Positions 18,597 to 29,497 of a DNA stretch of 64,000 bases are shown here, in pieces. Below the pieces are notes generated by a model. It saw only the letters and a list, made by a program, of their open reading frames with translations, was not told the DNA's origin and did no database searches. Numbering within the stretch: the stretch's first letter is position 1; each line of letters opens with the position of its first letter. A program made the translations under genes and the position numbers. Source of the stretch: Novosphingobium sp. (GTDB taxonomy: Bacteria > Pseudomonadota > Alphaproteobacteria > Sphingomonadales > Sphingomonadaceae); contig NZ_JAUYRV010000022.1 in NCBI RefSeq assembly GCF_030696665.1, positions 2,976-66,975 on the forward strand, read 5' to 3'.

Positions 18597-19433
18597 ATGG
18601 CACTCAAGAGCTATAATCCGACCAGCCCCGCACGGCGCGGCCTGATCCTCGTCGACAAATCGTCGCTGTGGAAGGGCAAGCCGCTCAAGGCGCTGACCGA
18701 AGGCAAGTCGAAGACCGGCGGCCGCAACAACAAGGGTCATGTGACATCGCGCGGCATCGCCGGTGGTCACAAGCAGAAGTACCGCTTCATCGACTTCAAG
18801 CGTCGCAAGTGGGACATGCCGGCAACTGTCGAGCGTCTGGAATATGACCCCAACCGCACGGCGTTCATCGCTCTCATCAAGTATGAGGACGGCGAACAGA
18901 CCTACATCATCGCACCGCAGCGTCTTGCGGTTGGTGACTCGGTCGTCGCTGGCGAAAAGACCGACGTGAAGCCTGGCAATGCCATGCTGCTGTCGCAGAT
19001 GCCGGTTGGCACGATCATCCACAACGTGGAGATGAAGCCGGGCAAGGGCGCTCAGATCGCACGTTCGGCAGGCACCTATGTCCAGCTCGTCGGTCGTGAC
19101 CGCGGCATGGTCATTGTTCGCCTGAACTCGGGCGAGCAGCGTTACCTGCGCGGTGACTGCATGGGCACCGTTGGTGCCGTGTCGAACCCCGACAACGCCA
19201 ACCAGAACCTTGCGAAGGCCGGTCGTAACCGCTGGCTGGGCAAGCGTCCGCTGACACGTGGCGTCGCCAAGAACCCGGTCGATCACCCGCATGGTGGTGG
19301 TGAAGGCCGTACTTCGGGTGGCCGTCATCCTGTGACTCCGTGGGGCAAGCCTACCAAGGGCGCCCGCACCCGTCACAACAAGTCGACGGACAAGATGATC
19401 ATTCGTTCGCGCCACGCGAAGAAGAAGAGGTAA
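18597..19433 (+). CDS. rplB: 50S ribosomal protein L2
   Basis: [12 protein letters not shown]. Confidence 0.99.
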   Translation: MALKSYNPTSPARRGLILVDKSSLWKGKPLKALTEGKSKTGGRNNKGHVTSRGIAGGHKQKYRFIDFKRRKWDMPATVERLEYDPNRTAFIALIKYEDGEQTYIIAPQRLAVGDSVVAGEKTDVKPGNAMLLSQMPVGTIIHNVEMKPGKGAQIARSAGTYVQLVGRDRGMVIVRLNSGEQRYLRGDCMGTVGAVSNPDNANQNLAKAGRNRWLGKRPLTRGVAKNPVDHPHGGGEGRTSGGRHPVTPWGKPTKGARTRHNKSTDKMIIRSRHAKKKR

Positions 19434-19438
19434 CAACC

Positions 19439-19717
19439 ATGGCACGTTCCGTCTGGAAGGGCCCCTTCGTCGACCTGCACCTGCTGAAGAAGGCGGAAGC
19501 CTCTCACGGTGCTGGTTCGCGCGCGGCCCCCATCAAGACATGGTCGCGTCGTTCGACCATTATTCCGCAGTTCGTTGGGCTGACCTTCAGCGTCTACAAC
19601 GGGCACAAGTTCATCCCGGTCGCCGTCTCGGAAGAGATGGTCGGCCACAAGCTCGGCGAATTTGCACCCACGCGCACGTTCCCCGGCCATGCTGCTGACA
19701 AGAAGGGCAAGCGCTGA
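19439..19717 (+). CDS. rpsS: 30S ribosomal protein S19
   Basis: [23 protein letters not shown]. Confidence 0.99.
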   Translation: MARSVWKGPFVDLHLLKKAEASHGAGSRAAPIKTWSRRSTIIPQFVGLTFSVYNGHKFIPVAVSEEMVGHKLGEFAPTRTFPGHAADKKGKR

Positions 19718-20094
19718 TGAGCAAGCCTAAAGCACCCCGTCGCGTTGGCGACAAGGAAGCGCTGTCGGTTGGCACGCAGATCCGTGGTTCGGCCCAGAAG
19801 CTGAACCTCGTGGCTGCGCTGATCCGTGGTCTGAAGGCCGAAGAGGCCATGAACATCCTTTCCTTCTCGAAGAAGGGGATGGCGGTTGATGCCCGCAAGG
19901 TTCTCGCCTCGGCGATTGCCAATGCGGAAAACAACCACAACCTCGACGTCGATGCACTGGTCGTGGCGGAAGCCTCGGTTGGCAAGTCGATCACGATGAA
20001 GCGCTTCCACACCCGTGGTCGCGGCAAGTCGACCCGCATCCTGAAGCCGTTCAGCCGGCTGCGGATTGTGGTTCGCGAAGTTGAGGAGGCCTGA
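19717..20094 (+). CDS. rplV: 50S ribosomal protein L22
   Basis: SAIANAENN; operon position. Confidence 0.99.
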   Translation: MSKPKAPRRVGDKEALSVGTQIRGSAQKLNLVAALIRGLKAEEAMNILSFSKKGMAVDARKVLASAIANAENNHNLDVDALVVAEASVGKSITMKRFHTRGRGKSTRILKPFSRLRIVVREVEEA

Positions 20095-20096
20095 TC

Positions 20097-20792
20097 ATGG
20101 GTCATAAATCAAACCCCATCGGTCTGCGCCTGCAGATCAACCGCACCTGGGACAGCCGCTGGTACGCCGAAGGGCGCAACTATGCGCAGATGCTCAAGGA
20201 AGACCTTGCGATCCGCAAATTCATCGTCGAGACCCTGCCGCAGGCAGCGATCTCGAAGGTGGTGATCGAGCGCCCGGCCAAGCTGTGCCGCGTGTCGATC
20301 TATGCGGCGCGTCCTGGCGTGATCATCGGCAAGAAGGGTGCAGACATTGAAAAGCTGCGCTCGAAGCTGGCCGCGATGACCAACAGCGAAGTGAAGCTGA
20401 ACATTGTCGAAATCCGCAAGCCGGAAATCGACAGCAAGCTTGTCGCTCAGGGCATTGCCGACCAGCTGATCCGCCGCGTGGCTTTCCGTCGTGCCATGAA
20501 GCGCGCGATGCAGTCGGCCATGCGTCTCGGCGCCGAGGGTATCAAGATCACCTGCGGTGGCCGTCTCGGTGGCGCAGAAATCGCCCGCGTGGAATCATAC
20601 CGCGAAGGTCGCGTGCCAGCACATACGCTGCGCGCGAACATCGACTATGCTGAAGCCGAAGCGCTGACCGCCTATGGCATCATCGGCATCAAGACCTGGA
20701 TCTTCAAGGGTGAGATTCTGGGTCATGATCCGATGGCGCAGGACCGACTGATGATGGAAGCACAGACTTCCGGCGTCCGTCCGGCACGCTGA
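20097..20792 (+). CDS. rpsC: 30S ribosomal protein S3
   Basis: [22 protein letters not shown]. Confidence 0.99.
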   Translation: MGHKSNPIGLRLQINRTWDSRWYAEGRNYAQMLKEDLAIRKFIVETLPQAAISKVVIERPAKLCRVSIYAARPGVIIGKKGADIEKLRSKLAAMTNSEVKLNIVEIRKPEIDSKLVAQGIADQLIRRVAFRRAMKRAMQSAMRLGAEGIKITCGGRLGGAEIARVESYREGRVPAHTLRANIDYAEAEALTAYGIIGIKTWIFKGEILGHDPMAQDRLMMEAQTSGVRPAR

Positions 20793-20814
20793 GCCTCGAG
20801 GGTAGAGAAGCACC

Positions 20815-21249
20815 ATGCTGCAACCGAAGAAAACCAAGTTCCGCAAGACCTTCAAGGGCCGTATCCACGGTCTGGCCAAGGGCGGTACGGACCTGAACTT
20901 CGGCTCCTACGGCCTCAAGGCCATGGAACCGGAGCGGGTTACCGCTCGTCAGATCGAAGCTGCCCGTCGTGCGATCACGCGCCACATTCGCCGTCAGGGC
21001 CGTCTGTGGATCCGCATTTTCCCCGACGTGCCGGTTTCGAAGAAGCCTGCTGAAGTCCGTCAGGGCAAGGGCAAGGGTTCGATTGAATACTGGGCAGCCC
21101 GCGTGAAGCCGGGTCGCATCCTGTTCGAACTGGACGGCGTCCCTGGTCCGCTCGCAGCCGAGGCTTTCAGCCGCGCCGCGATGAAGCTGCCGATCAAGAC
21201 GAAGGTCGTCGCCCGCCTGGGTGATACTTCGCACCTTGGTGGCGAGTGA
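20815..21249 (+). CDS. rplP: 50S ribosomal protein L16
   Basis: [18 protein letters not shown]. Confidence 0.99.
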   Translation: MLQPKKTKFRKTFKGRIHGLAKGGTDLNFGSYGLKAMEPERVTARQIEAARRAITRHIRRQGRLWIRIFPDVPVSKKPAEVRQGKGKGSIEYWAARVKPGRILFELDGVPGPLAAEAFSRAAMKLPIKTKVVARLGDTSHLGGE

Positions 21250-21263
21250 TTGGGAGTCGAATG

Positions 21264-21467
21264 ATGGCCAAGATCGAAGACATTCGCGCCAAGAGCGACG
21301 ACCAGCTGTCAGCTGACCTCGCCGAGCTGAAGCGCGAGCAGTTCAACCTGCGTTTCCAAGGCGCGACGAACCAGCTTGAGCGCCCGGCGCGCATCAAGGA
21401 AGTCCGTCGCGACATCGCGCGCATCAAGACGCTGCAGACTGAGCGTTCTCAGTCGGCCCAGGCGTAA
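21264..21467 (+). CDS. rpmC: 50S ribosomal protein L29
   Basis: [11 protein letters not shown]...IARIKT; start 21261 or 21264. Confidence 0.97.
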   Translation: MAKIEDIRAKSDDQLSADLAELKREQFNLRFQGATNQLERPARIKEVRRDIARIKTLQTERSQSAQA

Positions 21468-21477
21468 GGAAGCTACT

Positions 21478-21747
21478 ATGCCCAAGCGTATTCTGGTCGG
21501 AACCATTGTTTCCGACAAGACCGACAAGACCGTGGTCGTGAAGGTCGAGCGCAAGGTGAAGCACCCGTTGTACGGGAAGATCATCCGCCGCTCGAAGAAG
21601 TATCACGCCCATGACGAGGCGAATGCCTTCAAGACCGGCGAGACTGTGCGCATCGAAGAGACTGCGCCGATCTCGAAGCTGAAGACGTGGAAGGTCATCG
21701 ACCGCGTCACAGCCGGCAAGGGCACCGCTCTCGAAGCGGACGTCTGA
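21478..21747 (+). CDS. rpsQ: 30S ribosomal protein S17
   Basis: [18 protein letters not shown]. Confidence 0.99.
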   Translation: MPKRILVGTIVSDKTDKTVVVKVERKVKHPLYGKIIRRSKKYHAHDEANAFKTGETVRIEETAPISKLKTWKVIDRVTAGKGTALEADV

Positions 21748-21850
21748 GCAGTTTGGGGTTGCTTTGCGGCGGAAGTCGTATAGCGGACCCCAACCAGTTT
21801 TTGGAACTGCCGGACTGGTTCCGGCAAGCCAGTGAGAAGGAACCGGATCA

Positions 21851-22219
21851 ATGATCCAGATGCAATCCAATCTCGACGTGGCGGACAACAGCGGCGCAAA
21901 GCGCGTCCAGTGCATCAAGGTACTGGGTGGCTCCAAGCGTCGGTTCGCAAGCGTCGGCGACATCATCGTGGTGTCGGTCAAGGAAGCGCAGCCGCGTGCG
22001 CGCGTCAAGAAGGGCGACGTTCATCGCGCCGTCATCGTGCGTACCCGCAAGGATGTCCGCCGTGCAGACGGTTCGGTCATCCGCTTTGACGGCAATGCTG
22101 CCGTGCTCGTCGGCAAGAACGAAGAGCCGATCGGCACGCGTATCTTCGGACCTGTGGTGCGTGAACTGCGCGCCAAGGGCTTCATGAAGATCATCAGCCT
22201 TGCGCCGGAGGTGCTGTAA
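21851..22219 (+). CDS. rplN: 50S ribosomal protein L14
   Basis: [17 protein letters not shown]. Confidence 0.99.
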   Translation: MIQMQSNLDVADNSGAKRVQCIKVLGGSKRRFASVGDIIVVSVKEAQPRARVKKGDVHRAVIVRTRKDVRRADGSVIRFDGNAAVLVGKNEEPIGTRIFGPVVRELRAKGFMKIISLAPEVL

Positions 22220-22536
22220 TGGCTTCCGCTAAGATCAAGAAGGGCGACACTGTCGTCGTTCGTTCAGGCAAGGACAAGGGCCGTACCGGCACTGTCCTGC
22301 AGGTTCTTCCCAAGGACGAGAAGGTTATCGTGCAGGGCGTGAACATCGCCGCACGTCACCGCAAGCCCAGCCAGACCAACCCTCAGGGTGGCATCGATCG
22401 CTTTGAAGCGGCGATGCACATTTCGAAGGTTTCGGTAGCCGACAAGGATGGCAAGCCCACCCGCGTCCGCTTCGAAGAGCGCGACGGCAAGAAGGTCCGT
22501 GTGGCCGTCAAGTCCGGGGAGGCCATCGATGTCTGA
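22219..22536 (+). CDS. rplX: 50S ribosomal protein L24
   Basis: [16 protein letters not shown]. Confidence 0.99.
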   Translation: MASAKIKKGDTVVVRSGKDKGRTGTVLQVLPKDEKVIVQGVNIAARHRKPSQTNPQGGIDRFEAAMHISKVSVADKDGKPTRVRFEERDGKKVRVAVKSGEAIDV

Positions 22537-23110
22537 CAAATACACCCCGCGTATGCGGTCGAAGTATGACGCCGAAATCGCAGCCGCGATGCAGGCCAAG
22601 TTCGGCTACAAGAACGCAATGGAAATCCCGCGCATCGAAAAGATCACGCTCAACATGGGCGTGGGCGAAGCGAGCCAGGACAAGAAGAAGGTCACGATCG
22701 CAGCTGCCGAAATGGAGCTGATCGCTGGCCAGAAGCCCGTCATCACCAAGGCGAAGAAGTCCATCGCGCAGTTCAAGCTGCGCGAGGGCATGCCGATCGG
22801 TTGCAAGGTTACCCTGCGCCGTGAACGCATGTATGAATTCCTCGACCGTCTCATCACCATCGCAATGCCCCGCATCCGCGACTTCCGTGGGTTGAACCCG
22901 AAGTCGTTCGACGGCCGCGGCAACTATGCGATGGGTCTGAAAGAGCAGATCATCTTCCCAGAGATCAGCTACGACCAGATCGAGAAGGTGCGTGGCATGG
23001 ACATCATCGTCACCACCACCGCCAAGACCGACGACGAAGCGCGCGAGCTGCTCCGCCTGTTCGGTTTCCCGTTCCCGCAGGAAGTTGCTGAAGAGCAGCA
23101 GGCTGCCTGA
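22529..23110 (+). CDS. rplE: 50S ribosomal protein L5
   Basis: [15 protein letters not shown]. Confidence 0.99.
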   Translation: MSDKYTPRMRSKYDAEIAAAMQAKFGYKNAMEIPRIEKITLNMGVGEASQDKKKVTIAAAEMELIAGQKPVITKAKKSIAQFKLREGMPIGCKVTLRRERMYEFLDRLITIAMPRIRDFRGLNPKSFDGRGNYAMGLKEQIIFPEISYDQIEKVRGMDIIVTTTAKTDDEARELLRLFGFPFPQEVAEEQQAA

Positions 23111-23152
23111 ACGTTGTTGGCTCACCAGAATTGAAGAAGAGAGCTTAAGTCC

Positions 23153-23458
23153 ATGGCGAAACTGAGTTCCATCAACAAGAACGAGAAGCGCAAGAAGCTC
23201 GTTGTGAAGTACGCGGCAAAGTTTGCCGCCCTGAAAGCCATTGCTGACGATGAGTCGCTCGAAGAAACCGAGCGTCTGATTGCCCGCCTGAAGATGGCCG
23301 AACTTCCGCGCAACGCAAACCCGACCCGGGTTCGCAACCGTTGTGCAACAACCGGCCGCCCTCGTGGCTATTATCGCAAGTTCGGCCTTTGCCGGATCGA
23401 GCTGCGGGACAAAGGCAACAAGGGCCTTATCCCCGGCCTGACCAAGTCGAGCTGGTAA
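23153..23458 (+). CDS. rpsN: 30S ribosomal protein S14 (long form)
   Basis: [12 protein letters not shown]; 101 aa. Confidence 0.99.
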   Translation: MAKLSSINKNEKRKKLVVKYAAKFAALKAIADDESLEETERLIARLKMAELPRNANPTRVRNRCATTGRPRGYYRKFGLCRIELRDKGNKGLIPGLTKSSW

Positions 23459-23468
23459 GGATCATCCG

Positions 23469-23864
23469 ATGGCAATGACCGACCCCTTGGGTGATATGCT
23501 CACCCGCATCCGCAACGGCCAGCAGGCAAAGAAGGACACCGTCCTTTCGCCCGCGTCCAAGTTGCGTGCGCACGTGCTCGAAGTCCTTCAGCGTGAAGGT
23601 TACATTCGTGGCTTCTCGGAGGACACCACCGGTGCCCACCCGCAGCTGCGCATCGAGCTCAAGTATTTCGAAGGACAGCCTGCGATCAAGCATGTTGCCC
23701 GTGTCTCCAAGCCTGGCCGCCGCGTCTATTCGGGTTCCAAGGAACTTCCGGTAATCCGCAACGGCCTTGGCATCACCATCGTCTCGACGCCACGCGGCGT
23801 GCTTTCGGATGCCGAAGCGCGCGCTGCCAACGTCGGTGGCGAAGTGCTTGCGGAGGTGTTCTGA
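23469..23864 (+). CDS. rpsH: 30S ribosomal protein S8
   Basis: [12 protein letters not shown]. Confidence 0.99.
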   Translation: MAMTDPLGDMLTRIRNGQQAKKDTVLSPASKLRAHVLEVLQREGYIRGFSEDTTGAHPQLRIELKYFEGQPAIKHVARVSKPGRRVYSGSKELPVIRNGLGITIVSTPRGVLSDAEARAANVGGEVLAEVF

Positions 23865-24397
23865 TGAGCCGCATCGGCAAGAAGCCGGTGGCGATCCCCG
23901 GTGGCGTCACTGCGAACATCGCTGACGGCGTGCTGACCGTAAAGGGGCCCAAGGGCACCCTGACGCTCACGCTCCGTGACGAAATCAGCTACATCGTCGA
24001 TGGCGATACCATCCTCGTAAAGCCGGCCAATGACACCAAGTCGGCCCGCGCTTTCTGGGGCATGCAGCGCACCCTCGTCGACAACCTCGTGACCGGCGTT
24101 ACGCAAGGCTACACCAAGGTCCTTGAGATCACCGGTGTTGGTTACCGCGCGAATTCGCAGGGCAAGAACCTGAAGCTGCAGCTTGGCTACAGCCATGACG
24201 TCGATTTTTCGATCCCGGAAGGCATCGAGATCAAGACCCCGGACAACACCACGGTGGAAATCTCGGGTATCGACAAGCAGAAGGTTGGCCAGGTCGCCGC
24301 CGAGATCCGTCGCTGGCGCAAGCCCGAGCCTTACAAGGGCAAGGGCATCAAGTACCGCGGCGAGTTTATCTTCCGCAAGGAAGGGAAGAAGAAGTAA
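23864..24397 (+). CDS. rplF: 50S ribosomal protein L6
   Basis: [18 protein letters not shown]. Confidence 0.99.
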   Translation: MSRIGKKPVAIPGGVTANIADGVLTVKGPKGTLTLTLRDEISYIVDGDTILVKPANDTKSARAFWGMQRTLVDNLVTGVTQGYTKVLEITGVGYRANSQGKNLKLQLGYSHDVDFSIPEGIEIKTPDNTTVEISGIDKQKVGQVAAEIRRWRKPEPYKGKGIKYRGEFIFRKEGKKK

Positions 24398-24747
24398 TGG
24401 CAAAGCTGTCTCTCTTCGCACGCCGCCGCCGTCGCGTCCGCACGGCGCTGAAGGCGCGTTCGGGCGGGCGTCCCCGTCTGTCGGTGCATCGCTCCGGCCG
24501 CCACATCTACGTCCAGATCATCGACGATGCGCAAGGCAAGACGCTTGCTGCCGCTTCGACCTTGGTCAAGGGCGAGAAGTCAATCGGCGCGAATGTCGAT
24601 GCTGCCGTCAAGGTTGGCACCGAAATCGCCGAAAAGGCCAAGGCTGCCGGTATTACCACTGTCGTGTTCGATCGCGGCGGGTTCCTGTTTCATGGCCGCG
24701 TCAAGGCGTTGGCTGATGCTGCCCGCGCTGGCGGGTTGGAGTTCTGA
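24397..24747 (+). CDS. rplR: 50S ribosomal protein L18
   Basis: [17 protein letters not shown]. Confidence 0.99.
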   Translation: MAKLSLFARRRRRVRTALKARSGGRPRLSVHRSGRHIYVQIIDDAQGKTLAAASTLVKGEKSIGANVDAAVKVGTEIAEKAKAAGITTVVFDRGGFLFHGRVKALADAARAGGLEF

Positions 24748-24749
24748 CA

Positions 24750-25481
24750 ATGGCTGACGAAACCAACCTGGAAGGCGTCGCACCGGTCGAAGCGACCAGC
24801 GCCGAGCCGCAGCAGCGTGAAGGTCGTGGTCGTGGTCGCGGCCGTGGTGGCAACGATCGCGGTGGCAACAATGATCGCGGTGGAAACAACCGTGGCCGTC
24901 GTGATGATCGTCGTGGCGGTGGCCGTGGCGGTGACGATGACGGTGGTGAAGAGCTGATCGAAAAGCTGGTTCACATCAACCGCGTGTCGAAGACCGTCAA
25001 GGGCGGCAAGCGCTTCGGCTTTGCAGCACTGGTCGTGGTCGGTGACGGCAAGGGCCGTGCAGGCTTCGGCAAGGGCAAGGCGCGCGAAGTGCCTGAAGCG
25101 ATCACCAAGGCTACTGCCGCTGCAAAGCGTGCGATGGTCCGCGTGCCGCTGAAGGAAGGCCGCACGCTGCATCACGACGGCAAGGGCCGTTTCGGTGCAG
25201 GCAAGGTCAACGTTCGCACAGCACCTGCTGGTACCGGCATCATCGCCGGTGGCCCGATGCGCGCTGTGTTCGAAAGCCTTGGCGTTGCTGACGTGGTGAC
25301 CAAGTCGGTCGGCACTTCGAACCCCTACAACATGATCCGCGCAACCTTCGACGCGCTCGTCAGCCAGACTTCGCCGAAGTCGGTTGCTCAGCGTCGTGGC
25401 AAGAAGGTTGCCGATCTGCTCGGCCGTGGTGGCGCTTCGGTAGTCGAAGCCGAAGCCGCTGCCGACGCCATCACGGAGTAA
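24750..25481 (+). CDS. rpsE: 30S ribosomal protein S5
   Basis: [11 protein letters not shown]; Gly/Arg-rich N-terminal extension. Confidence 0.99.
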   Translation: MADETNLEGVAPVEATSAEPQQREGRGRGRGRGGNDRGGNNDRGGNNRGRRDDRRGGGRGGDDDGGEELIEKLVHINRVSKTVKGGKRFGFAALVVVGDGKGRAGFGKGKAREVPEAITKATAAAKRAMVRVPLKEGRTLHHDGKGRFGAGKVNVRTAPAGTGIIAGGPMRAVFESLGVADVVTKSVGTSNPYNMIRATFDALVSQTSPKSVAQRRGKKVADLLGRGGASVVEAEAAADAITE

Positions 25482-25487
25482 TCGGTC

Positions 25488-25664
25488 ATGGCTACGATCA
25501 AGATCAAGCAGATCGGTTCGCCGATCCGTCGCCCGGAACATCAGAAGAAGATTCTGATCGGCCTGGGCCTGGGCAAGATGAACCGCGTGGTCGAGCTGGA
25601 AGATACAGCCGAAGTACGTGGTGCCATTGCCAAGCTTCCTCACATGGTGGCCGTGGTCGACTGA
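25488..25664 (+). CDS. rpmD: 50S ribosomal protein L30
   Basis: Not in ORF track (58 aa); [21 protein letters not shown]; lies between rpsE and rplO. Confidence 0.96.
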   Translation: MATIKIKQIGSPIRRPEHQKKILIGLGLGKMNRVVELEDTAEVRGAIAKLPHMVAVVD

Positions 25665-25694
25665 CCATTGCTTCCCACGTGGGAATAAGGGACG

Positions 25695-25723
25695 CCCCGG
25701 CCAAGTGCCGGGGTTTTCCGTTT
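25695..25723 (+). terminator. Intrinsic terminator-like hairpin after rpmD
   Basis: CCCCGGC-CAAGT-GCCGGGG followed by TTTTCCGTTT. Confidence 0.6.
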
Positions 25724-25835
25724 GATGCGGACATCCAATGGTTTGGCCGTTTCATATAGGGGTGACAGACCGCAGGCTTTGTCCTATGGGCGCCCCTTCC
25801 ATTCAGCGCGACAAAAGCGAAAGCGAGTGCACGAA

Positions 25836-26354
25836 ATGAAACTGAACGAAATTTCCGACAACAATGGTGCCCGCAAGGGTCGCATGCGCGTTGGCCGTGG
25901 CATCGGCTCGGGCAAGGGCAAGACCGCTGGCCGTGGCCAGAAGGGCGCCAAGGCGCGTTCGGGCGTCAGCATCAATGGCTTCGAAGGCGGCCAGATGCCG
26001 CTTCACATGCGCATCCCGAAGCGTGGCTTCAACAACATCTTCGCCAAGGATTTTGCAGAAGTGAACCTGGGCATGGTCCAGAAGTTCATCGATGCCGGCA
26101 AGATCGATGTTTCGGCTCCGGTCGATCACGCTGTGCTGAAGGCTGCTGGCCTTGCCCGTGGCGGCAAGGACGGCGTGCGTCTGCTCGCCAAGGGTGAACT
26201 CACTGCCAAGGTCGCCTTCAAGGTTGACGGCGTGAGCAAGGGCGCACTTGAAGCTGTGCAGAAGGCTGGCGGTTCGGTCGAACTGCCCGAAGCCCGCCCG
26301 AGCGAGCATGAAAAGAAGACCGCTCGCCGCGAGGCGAACAAGCAGGCCAAGTAA
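25836..26354 (+). CDS. rplO: 50S ribosomal protein L15
   Basis: [25 protein letters not shown]. Confidence 0.99.
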   Translation: MKLNEISDNNGARKGRMRVGRGIGSGKGKTAGRGQKGAKARSGVSINGFEGGQMPLHMRIPKRGFNNIFAKDFAEVNLGMVQKFIDAGKIDVSAPVDHAVLKAAGLARGGKDGVRLLAKGELTAKVAFKVDGVSKGALEAVQKAGGSVELPEARPSEHEKKTARREANKQAK

Positions 26355-26502
26355 GCACTTTCCGATCCCCGCCCGCCATCGGGCGGGGATTTCGGCATTG
26401 CAGGGGTTCGACTTTCGTCATCCCGCACTATATGGGCTAGCTCAAGACGTCCGATCCCTGAGGCCAATGGCCCGGTTTCGCAGCAAGGCTTAGAACCCCG
26501 AA

Positions 26503-27870
26503 ATGGCATCACGCGCCGATAACATCGCCAGCAACCTGAATCTGGCCAACTTCTCCAAAGCGACCGAGCTGAAAAAGCGGATCTGGTTCACGGTGGGCGC
26601 GCTCATCGTTTTCCGTTTCCTCAGCTTTGTGCCGCTGCCGGGTGTGAACCCGCTGATTATGGAGACGCTCTACGACCAGACCCGGGGTGGCGTTCTCGAC
26701 ATTTTTAACGCGTTTTCCGGCGGTTCGCTGGAGCGCATGAGCCTGATCGCGCTGGGCGTGATGCCCTATATCACGGCTTCGATCGTGGTGCAGTTGGCCG
26801 CCTCGCTTCATCCGACCCTTGCGGCGATGAAGAAGGAAGGCGAGAGCGGGCGCAAGAAGCTCAACCAGTACACCCGCTACGGCGCTGTGCTTTTGACCGC
26901 GATTCAGGGCTGGGTGCTCGCCTCCGGGCTTGAAGCATACGGCGCGTCGAGCGGGCTGCAGGCGGTGGTCAACCCCGGCTTGCTGTTCCGCGTGGGTGCG
27001 GTGATCTCGCTGATCGGCGGCACGATGTTCCTGCTGTGGCTGGGTGAACAGATCACTTCACGCGGGATCGGCAACGGCGTTTCGCTGATCATCATGGCCG
27101 GGATCGTGGCGCAACTGCCCAAGTTCTTCGGCAATCTGTTTGAAGGTGGGCGCACCGGATCGATTTCTCCGTTCCTGATCGTGGGCATCGTTATCATGCT
27201 CGTCGCGCTGGTGCTGGCGATCTGTTTCTTCGAACGCGCAACGCGGCGATTGTTGATCCAGTATCCGAAGCGGGCAACGCAGCGCGGCATGATGCAGGCT
27301 GACAGCAGCCATCTGCCGCTGAAGCTCAACACCGCAGGCGTCATTCCGCCGATCTTTGCCAGTTCGCTGTTGCTGCTGCCGCTGACGATCACGCAGTTTG
27401 CCGGCAATTCGATCTCGCCAGACACCACGATGGGTCAGGCGATCGTCACGCTGAACCAATACCTTGGGCACGGCAAGCCGCTGTATATGCTGCTGTACGC
27501 GCTGGGGATCATCTTCTTCGCGTTCTTTTATACCGCCGTGGTGTTCAACCCGGAGGAAACCGCCGAGAACCTGAAGAAGAACGGTGGGTTCATCCCGGGC
27601 ATCCGTCCGGGCAAGAATACCATGAACTACCTCGATTATGTGCTGACCCGCATCACCGTGCTGGGCGCTGCCTATATCACTGTAGTGTGCGTGGTGCCGG
27701 AATTCATCATGGCCGAGACCGGCATGGGGGCAGTGTTCTTTGGTGGCACCAGCCTGCTGATCGTGGTCAACGTGACGGTCGATACAATCACCCAGATCCA
27801 GTCGCACCTGCTGGCGCACCAGTATGGCGACCTGATCAAGAAGGCGAAGTTAAAGGGCAGGCTGCGCTGA
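26503..27870 (+). CDS. secY: Preprotein translocase subunit SecY
   Basis: LGVMPYITASI, FIPGIRPG. Confidence 0.99.
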   Translation: MASRADNIASNLNLANFSKATELKKRIWFTVGALIVFRFLSFVPLPGVNPLIMETLYDQTRGGVLDIFNAFSGGSLERMSLIALGVMPYITASIVVQLAASLHPTLAAMKKEGESGRKKLNQYTRYGAVLLTAIQGWVLASGLEAYGASSGLQAVVNPGLLFRVGAVISLIGGTMFLLWLGEQITSRGIGNGVSLIIMAGIVAQLPKFFGNLFEGGRTGSISPFLIVGIVIMLVALVLAICFFERATRRLLIQYPKRATQRGMMQADSSHLPLKLNTAGVIPPIFASSLLLLPLTITQFAGNSISPDTTMGQAIVTLNQYLGHGKPLYMLLYALGIIFFAFFYTAVVFNPEETAENLKKNGGFIPGIRPGKNTMNYLDYVLTRITVLGAAYITVVCVVPEFIMAETGMGAVFFGGTSLLIVVNVTVDTITQIQSHLLAHQYGDLIKKAKLKGRLR

Positions 27871-27900
27871 GAGCAGCAGCCGCTAGAGGGGGTAGCTTAC

Positions 27901-28551
27901 GTGAACATCATTCTGTTGGGGCCTCCGGGCGCGGGTAAGGGCACCCAGGCACATCGTCTGGTCGAACGTCACGGCATGAAGCAGCTTTCAACCGGCGACA
28001 TGCTGCGCGCTGCGGTGAAGGCCGGGACGCCGGTAGGCCTCAAGGCCAAGGCTGTGATGGAAGCAGGCGAGCTGGTTTCGGACGAGATCGTTTCAGCGCT
28101 GATCGGCGATGAACTTGATGCGCTGCCCGAGGGGCAGGGTGCGATCTTCGACGGTTATCCGCGCACGGCACCGCAAGCTGAATCGCTTGACGAAATTCTG
28201 GCTGCTCGTGGCAAGGCCCTGGATCATGTGATCGAGCTGGAGGTGGACGAAGACGCGCTGGTTGATCGCATCACCGGTCGCTACACCTGCGCAAGCTGTG
28301 GCAAGGGCTATCACGACACGTTCGAGAAGCCGGCGATTGAAGGCACTTGCGACAAGTGCGGCTCTCACGAATTCAAGCGTCGTCCAGACGACAATGAGGA
28401 AACCGTGCGCACGCGCATGGCCGAATACCGGGCCAAGACCGCGCCGATCCTGCCGATCTATGAAGCGCAAGGCATTGTTGCCCGCGTGAACGGCATGGCT
28501 GACATGGACGAGGTGACAGCAGCCATTGAGGCGATCCTGCTCAAGCGCTAA
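27901..28551 (+). CDS. adk: Adenylate kinase (Cys4 LID)
   Basis: GPPGAGKGT, DGYPR; LID has CASC...CDKC. Confidence 0.99.
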   Translation: MNIILLGPPGAGKGTQAHRLVERHGMKQLSTGDMLRAAVKAGTPVGLKAKAVMEAGELVSDEIVSALIGDELDALPEGQGAIFDGYPRTAPQAESLDEILAARGKALDHVIELEVDEDALVDRITGRYTCASCGKGYHDTFEKPAIEGTCDKCGSHEFKRRPDDNEETVRTRMAEYRAKTAPILPIYEAQGIVARVNGMADMDEVTAAIEAILLKR

Positions 28552-28596
28552 CAGGCAGGGGTGCCTGCCTGATTGGGGCAGGGGGAGGCTCCGGCA

Positions 28597-29346
28597 ATGC
28601 GCACCATGACGATACTTTTTGCGGCGGGGCTGGTCGGCTCCGCCGTTCCCGCGTCTGCCGAAGTCACGCAGAAGAGCGAGGCGGGCTTTGTATCGCGCAT
28701 AGCCGGTGAAGTGGCGGTCAGCCCAGCAGAGGCGTGGAAAGCTCTGGTCAGCCCGTCGCTGTGGTGGAACGCGCAGCACACCTTTTCGGGCGATGCGGCC
28801 AATCTGACACTTGAGCCAAACGCGAACGGCTGCTTCTGCGAAAAGCTTCCTGTGCCAAAGGACGCCCCAGCGGGCCAAAAACCTGGCTCTGTCATGCACA
28901 TGCGCGTTGTCTATGCAGAGCCTTATCGCGCGCTGCGAATGGTCGGCGGCTTAGGGCCGCTGCAATCCGAGGCTGTGAACGGCACGATGACGGTAACGTT
29001 CAAGCCAGTGGATGGCAGCGGTGGCAAGAGGACTCGGATCCTGTGGGAATATGTCGTCGGTGGTTACATGCGCTACAAGGCTGACACGATCGCTGGCGCG
29101 GTCGACAAGGTGCTGGACGGTCAGCTTGAAGGGCTTGTGAAGCTTCTGGGGCCTGTTCAGCCTGTGGAGGCTTCAGCACCGGTCATCGCTACCGAAGCCG
29201 TCAACGCCGAGGCTCCGGCTGCGGAGGAAGTGCCGAGCTATACACCCGATCCGGGGCGGGACGAGGAAGCTGCCGGTAAATCGGTCAAGTCAGCGCTCGA
29301 CAAACTGTTTCCAGGCAGCGGTAGCGCCGCGCCCGACGACAGGTGA
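28597..29346 (+). CDS. Exported SRPBCC (START-like) family protein
   Basis: Signal peptide (ASA-E), WWNAQHTFSGDAANL, GCFCE, GGLGPLQ. Confidence 0.75.
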   Translation: MRTMTILFAAGLVGSAVPASAEVTQKSEAGFVSRIAGEVAVSPAEAWKALVSPSLWWNAQHTFSGDAANLTLEPNANGCFCEKLPVPKDAPAGQKPGSVMHMRVVYAEPYRALRMVGGLGPLQSEAVNGTMTVTFKPVDGSGGKRTRILWEYVVGGYMRYKADTIAGAVDKVLDGQLEGLVKLLGPVQPVEASAPVIATEAVNAEAPAAEEVPSYTPDPGRDEEAAGKSVKSALDKLFPGSGSAAPDDR

Positions 29347-29497
29347 GGGCGCCAGACACGGCTATCGCATGGCTTAAAACACGCTAGTCTGCATCGACCA
29401 AAAGATTGCGACTCGGAATACATTCCGAAGTCACTCGATACGGGGCGCACCATACCGCAACAGGAGTCATCACGACTCCATAGAGGGGGAGAGCACC

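Noticed and set aside
14784-19445. Long antisense ORFs over tuf and ribosomal protein genes (e.g. 14784-16370, 16994-18304)
   Set aside because: Shadow frames caused by codon bias of highly expressed GC-rich genes; no motifs of their own
28285-28365. Cys4 zinc-type LID in adenylate kinase as a novelty
   Set aside because: Cys-type LIDs are already known in some Alphaproteobacteria
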